Positions 22,605 through 32,173 of a stretch of DNA of 64,000 nt are shown here, piece by piece. The stretch spans positions 3,904,001 through 3,968,000 of the forward strand of contig OZ245002.1 of the NCBI GenBank assembly GCA_965223415.1, given 5' to 3'. Position 1 is the stretch's first letter; every line of letters begins with the position of its first letter. The position numbers and the translations under genes are program-made. Source of the stretch: Myxococcota bacterium. GTDB taxonomy: Bacteria > Myxococcota_A > UBA9160 > UBA6930. Under the pieces are notes generated by a model. That model was given only the letters and a program-made list of their open reading frames with translations, ran no database searches and was not told the DNA's origin.

Positions 22605-23417
22605 ATGGAGGCCAGTCTCCACCACCCCATGATCGACGACGCTCAGGCCCGCCGGGCCCTGGCCCTGGCGGCCTGCTTCGAACGGCCGGGCGCGCGGGAC
22701 CCCGAGGGCCTGTTCATCGACCAGCGCTACGCGGGCTACGACGGCCGCGACCAGGAGACCTGGCGTCTCCTGGTCGACCGCCAGACGGCCTGGCTCGAAA
22801 AGCACGCAGCCGACGCCTTCCTCGCTGGCGCCCGGGACATCGGGCTCTCCCGGGAGCGCATTCCCGAGCTCGCGGTCCTCTCCCGCCGCCTGCTCGCACG
22901 CACCGGCTGGTGCAGCCGCGCGGTGCCGGGCTACCTGCCGCCGCGCGCCTTCTTCGCGTGCCTGGCGCAGCGCACCTTCCCCACCACCGTCGTGGTCCGG
23001 CCGCGTGCGAGCTTCGCCTACCTCCCGGAGCCCGACATCTTTCACGACGTCTTCGGCCACCTGCCGCTCCTGGCCGATCCGGCCTTCGCGGACTTCCTCC
23101 GGCTCTACGGCGAGACGGCTCTCTCCACCGAGGATCCCGCCCACACGCTGCGCCTGGCGCGGCTCTTCTGGTTCAGTGTCGAGTTCGGCCTCGTCGCCGA
23201 ACGCGGCGACGCGCGCCTGTACGGTGCGGGCCTTCTCTCCTCGCCGCGAGAGGCGGTGCACGCCCTGCGTTCCCCGGACGTCGAGCGCAGGCCCTTCGAC
23301 CTGGAGGAGGTCTGCGAGACCTCGTTCGAGATCGATCACCTCCAGCCCGTACTGTTCGTGCTCGACGGCTTCGGGCAGCTGGAGGACGCGATGCGCGGCT
23401 ACGCGCGCACGCTGTGA
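22605..23417 (+). CDS. phhA: Phenylalanine 4-hydroxylase
   Basis: YLPEPDIFHDVFGHLP, FWFSVEFGL and YGAGLLSS; start uncertain (22584, 22605 or 22629). Confidence 0.9.
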   Translation: MEASLHHPMIDDAQARRALALAACFERPGARDPEGLFIDQRYAGYDGRDQETWRLLVDRQTAWLEKHAADAFLAGARDIGLSRERIPELAVLSRRLLARTGWCSRAVPGYLPPRAFFACLAQRTFPTTVVVRPRASFAYLPEPDIFHDVFGHLPLLADPAFADFLRLYGETALSTEDPAHTLRLARLFWFSVEFGLVAERGDARLYGAGLLSSPREAVHALRSPDVERRPFDLEEVCETSFEIDHLQPVLFVLDGFGQLEDAMRGYARTL

Positions 23418-23428
23418 TGGGAGACGCC

Positions 23429-24475
23429 ATGGACAATCCGATGGGAACCGACGGCTTCGAGTTCATCGAGTTCGCTGCGCCCGATCCGGCCCTGCTCGGC
23501 CGGCTCTTCGAGCAGCTCGGCTTCGCGAAGGTGGCGCGGCACCGCTCGAAGGAGGTCTGGCTCTACCGCCAGGGAGACGTGAACTTCCTCGTCAACGCGG
23601 AGCCCGACAGCTTCGCCCAGGCCTTCGCCCGCATCCATGGCCCGAGCATCTGCGCGATGGCCTTCCGGGTGGACGACGCCGGCCGCGCCCTCGAACGCGC
23701 CCGCTCGCTGGGTGCCTGGGTGGTGGAGAGCTCCGTCGGACCGATGGAGCTCTGCATCCCGGCGATCAAGGGCATCGGCGACAGCTTGCTCTACCTGGTC
23801 GACCGCTACGGAGAGCGCGGCACGATCTACGACGTGGATTTCATGCAGCTGCCCGTCCCCGAGAGGGAGGGAGGCGCGGTGGGCTTCGAGCACGTCGACC
23901 ACCTCACCCACAACGTCCATCGCGGACGCATGGCCGAGTGGGCCGAGTTCTACGAGCGACTGTTCGGCTTCCGCGAGATCCGCCACTTCGACATCGAAGG
24001 TCGGGCGACCGGTCTGCACAGCAAGGCCCTGACCAGCCCCTGCGGCAAGATCCGGATTCCCCTCAACGAATCGGCGGACGATCGCTCCCAGGTGCAGGAG
24101 TACCTGGAGGCCTATCATGGCGAGGGCATCCAGCACGTCGCCTTCCACACGGCGGACGCCTTCGGCACCGTGGAGGCGCTACGAGCCCGCGGTGTCCGCT
24201 TCCTCGACACCCCCTGCACCTACTACGAGAAGCTCGACGAGCGGGTGCCCGACCACGGCGAGGATCTCGAGCGGCTGTGGTCCAACCGGATCCTGCTCGA
24301 CGGCGGATCGGCGGAGGGCACGCTGCTGCAGATCTTCACCGAGACGGTCGTCGGCCCGATCTTCTTCGAGATCATCCAGCGCAAGGGGAACGCCGGCTTC
24401 GGCGAGGGCAACTTCCAGGCGCTCTTCGAGTCCATGGAGCTGGAGCAGATCCGGCAGGGGAGGGTGCAGGCATGA
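23429..24475 (+). CDS. hppD: 4-hydroxyphenylpyruvate dioxygenase
   Basis: NPMGTDGFEFIEF, DHLTHNV, GEGIQHVA and FFEIIQRKGNAGFGEGNF. Confidence 0.95.
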   Translation: MDNPMGTDGFEFIEFAAPDPALLGRLFEQLGFAKVARHRSKEVWLYRQGDVNFLVNAEPDSFAQAFARIHGPSICAMAFRVDDAGRALERARSLGAWVVESSVGPMELCIPAIKGIGDSLLYLVDRYGERGTIYDVDFMQLPVPEREGGAVGFEHVDHLTHNVHRGRMAEWAEFYERLFGFREIRHFDIEGRATGLHSKALTSPCGKIRIPLNESADDRSQVQEYLEAYHGEGIQHVAFHTADAFGTVEALRARGVRFLDTPCTYYEKLDERVPDHGEDLERLWSNRILLDGGSAEGTLLQIFTETVVGPIFFEIIQRKGNAGFGEGNFQALFESMELEQIRQGRVQA

Positions 24476-25614
24476 AGGCACCGCGACCGCAGGAGATCCC
24501 GATCCAGCGGCGGGAGGGACGCATCTCCCGCCAGGCCCACGTCGACGTGCCGGAGGAGGGCTACGAGCGCGAGATCGGCCGCGCCGGCTTCGCCGGCCCC
24601 GCCAGCCACGTGATCCACGCCCACCCGCCCACGGGCTGGAGCGGCTTCGACGGCCCCCTGCGCCCGCGCGCCTTCGACACGCGGGACCTCAAGGACGAAG
24701 AGGTGCTTCCCTTCGACGCGCCCCTGCTGCTGGGTGGCGCTCACCTGGAGCTCCGCTTCTGGGTCACCGCCGCGCCCATGTCGCAGCTGGTCCGCAACGC
24801 CGACGGAGACCAGCTGCTCTTCGTCCATGCCGGCCGGGGTGCGCTCTTCTGCGACCACGGCCACCTGCCGTTTCGCGACGGCGACTACCTGCTGCTGCCG
24901 CGCGGAAGCGCTTGGAGGATCGAGCCGGTGGAGCCGCTGCGCATCCTGCTGCTCGAGGCCACGGGCCAGCGCCTCGGCCTTCCGGACCGGGGCCTGCTCT
25001 GCCAGCACGCGCTCTTCGATCCGGACGTGCTCGAGACGCCGCGCCTCGACGAGGCCTTCGACGCCCAGCGCAGCGAGGCCACCACGGAGCTCGTCGTCAA
25101 GGGCCGCGGCGGGCGCACGACGATCACCTATCCATTCAATCCCCTCGATGCCCTCGGCTGGAAGGGAGGCCTCGCGCCAGTGCGCCTCAACTGGCGGGAC
25201 CTGCGGCCGGTGGGGAGCGCGCGCTACCACCTGCCGCCCTCCGCCCACACCACCTTCCTCGCCGAGCACTTCGCCGTCTGCACATTCGTCCCGCGGCCGC
25301 TCGAGAGCGATCCGCGGGCGCTGAACCTGCCGTTCTTCCATTCCAACGACGACGTCGACGAGGTGCTGTTCTACCACCGCGGTCGCTTCATGAGCCGCGA
25401 CGATGCGGGGCCGGGCCTGCTGAGCTTCCATCCCGCGGGCTTCCCCCACGGCCCGCACCCGAAGGCGCTCGCCGAGGCCCGCGCGGGGGGCCGGGAGGCC
25501 ACTGACGAGGTCGCCGTGATGATCGACGCCTTCGAGGCGCTCGAGCCCGGGCCCGGGGCGGCGCAGATCGAGCGGGCGGCCTACGCGGACTCCTGGAAGG
25601 GAGAGCCGGCGTGA
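24472..25614 (+). CDS. hmgA: Homogentisate 1,2-dioxygenase
   Basis: RNADGD, RYHLPPSAHTTF, PFFHSNDDVDEVLFYH and HGPHP; operon context. Confidence 0.88.
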   Translation: MKAPRPQEIPIQRREGRISRQAHVDVPEEGYEREIGRAGFAGPASHVIHAHPPTGWSGFDGPLRPRAFDTRDLKDEEVLPFDAPLLLGGAHLELRFWVTAAPMSQLVRNADGDQLLFVHAGRGALFCDHGHLPFRDGDYLLLPRGSAWRIEPVEPLRILLLEATGQRLGLPDRGLLCQHALFDPDVLETPRLDEAFDAQRSEATTELVVKGRGGRTTITYPFNPLDALGWKGGLAPVRLNWRDLRPVGSARYHLPPSAHTTFLAEHFAVCTFVPRPLESDPRALNLPFFHSNDDVDEVLFYHRGRFMSRDDAGPGLLSFHPAGFPHGPHPKALAEARAGGREATDEVAVMIDAFEALEPGPGAAQIERAAYADSWKGEPA

Positions 25615-26603
25615 AGCTCGCCTCCCTGCGCTGCGGGCGGGACGGCGAGCTCGTGATCGTGAGCCGCGATCTCGTCCGCGCGGTCCGGGCCCCGGAGATC
25701 GCGCCCACGCTGCAGGCGGCCCTGGACGAGTGGGCGATCCTCGCGCCCGCTCTCGCCGAAGCGTGCGATCGTCTCGAGGCCGGCGAAGCTCCGGGCGTCT
25801 TCGCCCTGGATCCGGCGGACCTGGCCGCGCCCCTTCCCCGCGCCTTCCAGTGGCTCGACGCCAGCGCGTACGTGAACCACGTGGAGCTCGTGCGCCGCGC
25901 CCGCGGCGCCGAGATGCCGCCCCGCTTCTGGACGGACCCGCTCATGTACCAGGGCGGTTCCGATGTCATGCTCGGGCCGTGCGAGCCGATCCGGGCTCGC
26001 GACGAGGCATGGGGCATCGACTTCGAGGCGGAGATCGCGGTGGTGACCGGCGACGTGCCCCGCGGTGCGGGTCCCGAGCTGGCGCAGGGATCGATCCTCC
26101 TGGTGCTGCTCGTGAACGACGTCTCGCTGCGCAACCTCATTCCGGACGAGCTGGCCAAGGGCTTCGGCTTCCTGCACGGCAAGCCACCGACCGCGTGCTC
26201 GCCGGTGGCCGTGACCCCCGATGAGCTGGGGGACGCCTGGGATGGGGGCCGTCTCCATCTGCCCCTCGAGGTGCATCGCGGTGACGAGCGCTTCGGCGCT
26301 CCGGACGCGGGGACCGACATGACCTTCGACTTCCCGACCCTGATCGCCCACGCCGCCCGCACCCGGCCGCTCACGGCCGGGACGATCCTCGGCTCGGGGA
26401 CGGTCTCCAACCGGGATCGCAGCCGCGGCTCCTGCTGCATCGCCGAGCGGCGCATGCTCGAGACCCTCGAGCGAGGTGCGCCCAAGACGCCGTTCCTCCG
26501 CCACGGCGACCGTGTGCGGATCGAGATGCGCGACGCCGCGGGCCGCTCGATCTTCGGCGCCATCGACCAGTGCGTGGAAGGGACCCCCGACGAGCTACCC
26601 TGA
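25611..26603 (+). CDS. Fumarylacetoacetate hydrolase family protein
   Basis: YQGGSD, IDFEAE, NDVSLRNL and GSGTVSN; last gene of the homogentisate pathway. Confidence 0.88.
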   Translation: MKLASLRCGRDGELVIVSRDLVRAVRAPEIAPTLQAALDEWAILAPALAEACDRLEAGEAPGVFALDPADLAAPLPRAFQWLDASAYVNHVELVRRARGAEMPPRFWTDPLMYQGGSDVMLGPCEPIRARDEAWGIDFEAEIAVVTGDVPRGAGPELAQGSILLVLLVNDVSLRNLIPDELAKGFGFLHGKPPTACSPVAVTPDELGDAWDGGRLHLPLEVHRGDERFGAPDAGTDMTFDFPTLIAHAARTRPLTAGTILGSGTVSNRDRSRGSCCIAERRMLETLERGAPKTPFLRHGDRVRIEMRDAAGRSIFGAIDQCVEGTPDELP

Positions 26604-26621
26604 CGGCACGGGGAGGACGTC

Positions 26622-27305
26622 ATGGCCCATCCGCGCAGCCTCGAGGCGCTCGTCAACCAGCAGGTCCGTCGCTGGGAGCTCTCGCCGCAGGGCGCCCCGG
26701 GCCGCCGGGTCGCGCCGACCGTCGCGCTCTCCCGCCTTCCGGGCTCGGCCGCCGCGGAGCTGGGCCAGGCCGTCGCCGACCGCCTCGGCTTCGGCTTCTT
26801 CGGCATCGAGATCGTCGACCTGATCGCCCGGGAGACCGGCACCCGACGGGAGCTCGTGGCCGGGCTCGACGAGCACGTTCGCAGCGCCATCGAGCGCTAC
26901 GTCGTGGACGCGACCAAGGGGCGCACCTACGACGAGAGCGCCTATCACCAGCAGCTGGTCCGGACCGTGGCGACCCTCGGCGAGCGCGGGCTGGCGGTCA
27001 TCCTGGGCCGCGGAAGCGCCTTCCTGTTGCGGCCCGAGCGCTCCCTTCGTGTGCTGGTGGTCGCGCCAAGGGACCAGCGGGTGGAGCGGCTGGCGAAGCG
27101 CCTCGACGTGGACGCCGCGACCGCTGCGACCCGTCTCGACCGGGAGGATGCGGAGCGGCTGCACTTCAACCGACACCACTTCCACGTGGACCCGGATGAC
27201 GCGAGCCACTTCGACCTGGTCGTGAACACGGGAACGCTCTCGCTCGGGCTCGCGACGGACCTGGTCGTCGAGACGGCCCAGCGGAGGTTCCCGCAGCTGG
27301 GCTGA
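26622..27305 (+). CDS. Cytidylate kinase-like family protein
   Basis: VALSRLPGS, VILGRGS and FDLVVNT. Confidence 0.75.
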   Translation: MAHPRSLEALVNQQVRRWELSPQGAPGRRVAPTVALSRLPGSAAAELGQAVADRLGFGFFGIEIVDLIARETGTRRELVAGLDEHVRSAIERYVVDATKGRTYDESAYHQQLVRTVATLGERGLAVILGRGSAFLLRPERSLRVLVVAPRDQRVERLAKRLDVDAATAATRLDREDAERLHFNRHHFHVDPDDASHFDLVVNTGTLSLGLATDLVVETAQRRFPQLG

Positions 27306-27309
27306 TCGG

Positions 27310-28598
27310 TCAGCCGCCCGGCGCGACGTCGAAGCATGCCCGGTAGCGCGCGAAGGCGGCCCGGAGCTCCTGCGGGTCGGCGCCCAGGCCGTCGAGCGGG
27401 TAGGCGTGCCCGCCGTAGCGATTCGCCGGATTCTCGCCGAGGGCCTTCGCCATGGCGGCTTCGGTGTCCGCATTCCAGGGCCGCTGGAAGCGGGTGTAGA
27501 GCCCGCGCACGACCGCGAGCGCGTCCCGCTGGAAGTCCTCGAAGTGGCTGTGATGCACCCGCGCCTCGGGCAGGAGCCCCGCCTCCGTCCAGTCCACCAG
27601 GGCCTCGAAGGTCGCGCAGTAGCGCCGCAGGTGGCCCTCGGCGATCGCGTCTCCCTCGACCACGTCGCTGTGGGCCCAGCGGAGGTTGGCGATCAGCTGG
27701 TCAGGGACGCCAGCAAGGTGGGCGGGTCCCGGTGTGTGACGGCGATGCGCGCGTCCGGGTAGATGGCCAGCAGCGTCGGCAGCGAGTGCAGATGGACGGG
27801 GGACTTCAGGACCCAGGCCGACGTGGGACACCGACGTTGGAGCACCTGGAGGACGAGGCGATGCATCCGATAGGCCGGCTCCATGTCGGCGCCGAAGAGC
27901 CAGCGCTCGTAGCTCGGGACGGCGTAGCGCGCCGTGAACTCCTCGGACTGGAAGACCAGGGACATGGCCGAGAGGCACTCCTTCGGTCGTCGTGCCCCGT
28001 ACTCGTGGATGGCCCGCAGCCCGCTCACCACTGTCTGGGGGCCGGCGAGCTCGCGCTCGGCCAGGGCGACCCGCGGATCGTCGTCCGAGGCCTCCGGGTC
28101 ACTCCGTGGAGGGGGCACCGGGCGCAGCAGCTCCCAGCCGAGGGGCACCCGGTGGCGCGGATCGGCGGCGAGCAGGGTGTGGAGGATGGTCGTCCCCGTC
28201 CGGGGCGCACCGGCGACGAAGAGCGGCGCGTCGATGGCCTCGTCCACGACGCCCGGGTCGCCGTCCAGGTACGCGAGGAGCTGCAGTCGCACCTCCAGGA
28301 GCCGCAGCAGGAAGCGCCGCGTGAGGAGGCGCCCGACCTGCGTGAGGCGCGCCTCCTCCTCGAGGGCCGTGGTGAGCAGGCCCAGGTTCCCGATCGCCGG
28401 CTCCGCTTCGAAGCCGGGCCGCCCGAAGGCGGCGCGCAGCTCGGAGGGCGAGCGCGCGTCCCGGCCCTGCCGGGCAGCCGCCTCCGCCAGCAGCGCGTCG
28501 CGTTGGAGCGGCAGCGCGGCCTCCTCCGCCACCGGGCCCGCCTCGGCCGCGTTCAGGGCCACCACCCAGTCGGGACGCGCGGGCGGCTCCCAGCTCAC
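27310..28598 (-). pseudogene. Sulfotransferase (Stf/Sulfotransfer_3 type) with a 1-bp frameshift
   Basis: GAPRTGTT (PAPS binding), LKSPVH and THRDP. The frame breaks at ACC AGC TGA near 27695; one added C restores SLTSLIANLRW. Confidence 0.75.
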
Positions 28599-29785
28599 GT
28601 CCGGAAGCGCCACGCGAGGTGGCTCTTGCGCCGCCGGATCTCCTCGCGGCGGGCCGCCGCGTCGACCTCCGGCGTGTCCCCGGGCAGCGCGTCGCGCAGC
28701 TCGGCGCGGGGAAGCGTCCGGACCTTCGGGGTCGGGTCGCTCTCGGCCCAGAACCAGCGGTAGGTCAGGATCCCGCTTCGGTGGCCGGCGGTGTCGAGCC
28801 AGTTCGGCACGCGCGGATCCTCGTGGGCCAGGACGAATCGCACACGCCCGTCGCCGCCCACCACGGCCTGGTGCTGGTTGATCGACGTCACCCGGTGGAC
28901 GGGCTCGATCGGCTCGAACCAGCCGAGGCTCGCGATCTGCAGCCCCCAGTATCGCGCTCGGGGCACGTCCGTCTCGATCAGGAGCGCCTGCTCGGGACCC
29001 AGATCCCAGAACAGGAAGCCGTAGCGGGCGTCCGAGAGCACCTTCGCGACGGTTCCGTGCATCGTGAAGGTGTTGTCCGCGGCCTCCGCGCGATGCTGCT
29101 GGAGGTATTCGTTCCAGCCGAGCATCGAGCGCTCGACCTGCTCGAGCGCATGGTCGAGCTGCGCCGCGATCCGCTCCGGCCCGGGCGGGGGCGGGGCGCC
29201 CTTGGGGTCGAGGCATTCGATGGTGAACACGGCCGGCTCGGCCGGCTGCCAGTCGACGTAGAACTCCCGCAGGGAGACCGTGGTGACGTCCTCGGGAATC
29301 GCCGTCCAGCCCGGCTCGCTGCCATTGCCGCCCAGCAGGATCTCGAAGTCGTCGCCCGGGCCGAGGCCGAGGTCGACCGAGGAGATCGCCTTCTTCGTTC
29401 CCCACTCCTTCATGTGCATGAAACCCACCCGCAGCGTCAGCGCGAAGTGCTCGCAACTGTGCATGCGCCCGCGAATTCGATACCGGTGCTTCGGGTCGAT
29501 CCGCGCGTGGTGGTAGGCGTTGTCCTGGTTCGGGCCGCCCCATTGGGTGAAGAGGTCGTTCGAGCGGTGGAAGAAGGGTGCGCTCGTGTCCGCGTGGGCG
29601 AGCGCCCAGCCGAGCCAGCAGGAGACCTGGTCGGCGAGGTGGGCGACGCCCTCCGAGACGTCGCGGGGCTCGTTCGGGAATTCGTCCTCCAGCAGACGCT
29701 CGCCGAGGGCCTCCACGCGCCGGCAGAAGCGCTTCCAGGCTCGGACGTCCTCGGGGAGCGAAGGCGCGGGCCCCCTCTCGCTCAT
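28595..29785 (-). CDS. DUF1214-type domain protein
   Basis: WGGPNQDNAY, YRIRG and HEDPRVPNWLDTAGH; paired with a sulfotransferase. Confidence 0.7.
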   Translation of the reverse strand: MSERGPAPSLPEDVRAWKRFCRRVEALGERLLEDEFPNEPRDVSEGVAHLADQVSCWLGWALAHADTSAPFFHRSNDLFTQWGGPNQDNAYHHARIDPKHRYRIRGRMHSCEHFALTLRVGFMHMKEWGTKKAISSVDLGLGPGDDFEILLGGNGSEPGWTAIPEDVTTVSLREFYVDWQPAEPAVFTIECLDPKGAPPPPGPERIAAQLDHALEQVERSMLGWNEYLQQHRAEAADNTFTMHGTVAKVLSDARYGFLFWDLGPEQALLIETDVPRARYWGLQIASLGWFEPIEPVHRVTSINQHQAVVGGDGRVRFVLAHEDPRVPNWLDTAGHRSGILTYRWFWAESDPTPKVRTLPRAELRDALPGDTPEVDAAARREEIRRRKSHLAWRFRT

Positions 29786-30570
29786 GCCCGCATCACGCCG
29801 CCGCCGTCGACCATGAAGGTCTGGCCGGTCACGTAGCGGCTCGCGTCCGACAGCAGGAAGGCCACCACCGGCGCGATGTCCGCCTCCGGGTCTCCGTCGC
29901 GGCCGAGTGGGTGGTCCTTGTACATCTCGGCGAAGGCCGCGGCGCGCTGGCCGTCATCGTCCGCGACCGCCATGCGGTGGGCCACGGAAGCCGGGCAGAC
30001 GCAGTTCACCGTGATTCCGAACTCGCCCCACTCGCGGGCGGCGGTCCGGGTGAGAGAGCGGGTCCCCTCCTTCGCCGCCGAGTAGGGGCCGTAGCCCGGC
30101 GCCCCCGTCAGGCCCATGGCGGAGCCCATCGTCACGATGCGCCCGCGGCCGAGGGCCTGCATGTGGGGAAGCACCGCCTGCATCAGCCAGAGCGTGCCCT
30201 TCGGCCCCGTGTCCAGGACGCGATCGATGTCTTCGGGCCGGACATCCGCCAGCTTCGTGACGGGACGCAGGGATTGGGCGTTCGCGACGAGGCCGTCGAT
30301 CCGGCCGAAGGCGTCGATCGCGGTCGCCGCGACGGCGCGGCTGGCCTCCGGATCGGCGACGTCCGCGACCCTCGTACGATGGGGCGCGCCCAGGGCACGG
30401 AGCTCCTCGCCCAGCCGCTCGAGACGCTCCTGCTTGCGCCCGGTGATCGTCAGCTGGACGCCGGCCCTCGCGAGCACGCGCGCCAGGCCGAGGCCGATGC
30501 CCCGCGTCCCACCCGTCAGGACGACGCTTCGACCCGCCAGGTCGCCCGGGATCACGGAGAGGTCCTCCAC
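29782..30570 (-). CDS. SDR oxidoreductase
   Basis: TGGTRGIG, YSAAK and GQTFMVDGG. Confidence 0.9.
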   Translation of the reverse strand: MEDLSVIPGDLAGRSVVLTGGTRGIGLGLARVLARAGVQLTITGRKQERLERLGEELRALGAPHRTRVADVADPEASRAVAATAIDAFGRIDGLVANAQSLRPVTKLADVRPEDIDRVLDTGPKGTLWLMQAVLPHMQALGRGRIVTMGSAMGLTGAPGYGPYSAAKEGTRSLTRTAAREWGEFGITVNCVCPASVAHRMAVADDDGQRAAAFAEMYKDHPLGRDGDPEADIAPVVAFLLSDASRYVTGQTFMVDGGGVMRA

Positions 30571-30588
30571 GGCCGCACGATACCGCGC

Positions 30589-31380
30589 CTACGCGACGGG
30601 CGCGGCGGCGATCCGGACCAGAGCGGTCGAGGTGAGGGCGTCGTCTCGACCGCGGTCCCGCTGCGTCACGCAGAGCATCCCGGCAGCGGGCTCGCCGATC
30701 CAGTGGGCCTCGCTCTCCACGGGTCCGATGGAGGCCGCAGCCAGGTAGCGAAGATCGAGCTCGGTCACGACGGCCGGGCCCTCGGCTGCGTGCTCGGCGA
30801 GGGCCAGCGAGGCGCACTCGGCGAGGAGGGCGACGAGGGCGCCCTGGAGCACGCCCTCGGGGTTCAGCAGCGCTTCGCGAAGCGCCAGGCGGACCGCACC
30901 GCGCGTCGCGTCGACCGTCTCGACGCCGACCTCCTCGTCGAGGGGGCGTTCCAGGGGGTGGAAGGGGATCTGCTCCGGCGTCGCGAGCGTGCGCCGATCC
31001 GGCACGGGTCCGCTGCGGGCCCGGCGCAGGAACGTCGTCTGCCCGTAGGCGTGCATGCCTTCGCCGGATTCCAGGCGGACCTCCGTCGTGACCAGCCGGC
31101 GGCCGACGCGAAGCGGGGTGGCGTGGGCGATCACCTTCGCGGGCACGCCCGGCCGCGGGACGCGCAGGGAGAGGTCCGTCGTGAAGGTAGCGTCGGTACC
31201 GGCGGCCTCCCGGGCCGTGAATCCGCCCACCAGGTCGACCGCCGATGCGAGCACCGTCGCGCGCAGGGCGCCGTTCCGGCAGACCTGCGGGTAGGGCTCG
31301 ACCCGCAGCGGGGTCCGTGCGACGCCCGTTCGCGAGAATCCGTAGCGGGTGAAGAGCGGAGGCGTCCGGTCCGCGGTCAA
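30589..31380 (-). CDS. Tandem PaaI/hotdog thioesterase-like protein
   Basis: NGALRATVLASAVD and NPEGVLQGALVALLAE hotdog repeats; TTG start overlaps the upstream TGA. Confidence 0.7.
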   Translation of the reverse strand: MTADRTPPLFTRYGFSRTGVARTPLRVEPYPQVCRNGALRATVLASAVDLVGGFTAREAAGTDATFTTDLSLRVPRPGVPAKVIAHATPLRVGRRLVTTEVRLESGEGMHAYGQTTFLRRARSGPVPDRRTLATPEQIPFHPLERPLDEEVGVETVDATRGAVRLALREALLNPEGVLQGALVALLAECASLALAEHAAEGPAVVTELDLRYLAAASIGPVESEAHWIGEPAAGMLCVTQRDRGRDDALTSTALVRIAAAPVA

Positions 31381-32168
31381 CGCTTCGGCACGTCCGGAGT
31401 GGGGGTCGGGTAGCGGCAGGCGATGCCGCCGTCGACGGGGACGACGACGCCCGTCACGTAGCTCGCCTCGTCGGAGGCGAGGAAGAGGGCGACGTTCGCG
31501 ATCTCCTCCGGCGCGCCGAGCCGGCGCAGGGGCACGCCCTCCTCCATGCGCTGCCTCAGGCCTTCCACGGAGTCGAGGTACGAGGCGAAGCCCTCGGAGG
31601 CGATCGGCCCCGGCGAGATCACGTTGGCGCGGATGCCATGGGGGCCGTACTCCTCCGCCACGCTCTTGGCGAGGTTCACGACGCCGGCCTTGGCCATTCC
31701 GTACGCCGCGAGTCCCGGCACCGCGCCGAGCCCCGCACCGGACGTGGTGATGAGGATGCAGCCGGACCTGCGCGGCAGCATCACCCGGAGCGCCGCGCGG
31801 GTTCCGAAGAAGACGCCGTCGAGGTTCAACGCCAGGGTCGCGCGGTACTCGTCGTCGCGGAGGCCCTCGGTGGGCTGCGGGAGTGCGCCACCCGCGTTGC
31901 TGAACATGACGTCGAGTCGCCCGAAGTCGTTCACCGCCCGGTCGACGAGCCCGTCGACTTGCGCCGAGTCGGTGACGTCGGCGGGATGGCAGATCGCGTT
32001 TCCGCCGAACTCGACGATGGTCTTTGTCGTGTCCTCGGCGGTCGCTGCGTCGACGTCGCTGACGACGACCGTCGCGCCGGACCGGGCGAAGCGGATCGCG
32101 CAGGCCCGCCCGATGCCCCGGCCGCTTCCGGTGATGATCGAGATCCTGCCGGCGAGTCGTTCGTCCAT
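31377..32168 (-). CDS. SDR oxidoreductase
   Basis: TGSGRGIG, SNAG, YGMAK and VPVDGG. Confidence 0.9.
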   Translation of the reverse strand: MDERLAGRISIITGSGRGIGRACAIRFARSGATVVVSDVDAATAEDTTKTIVEFGGNAICHPADVTDSAQVDGLVDRAVNDFGRLDVMFSNAGGALPQPTEGLRDDEYRATLALNLDGVFFGTRAALRVMLPRRSGCILITTSGAGLGAVPGLAAYGMAKAGVVNLAKSVAEEYGPHGIRANVISPGPIASEGFASYLDSVEGLRQRMEEGVPLRRLGAPEEIANVALFLASDEASYVTGVVVPVDGGIACRYPTPTPDVPKR

Positions 32169-32173
32169 GGCGG

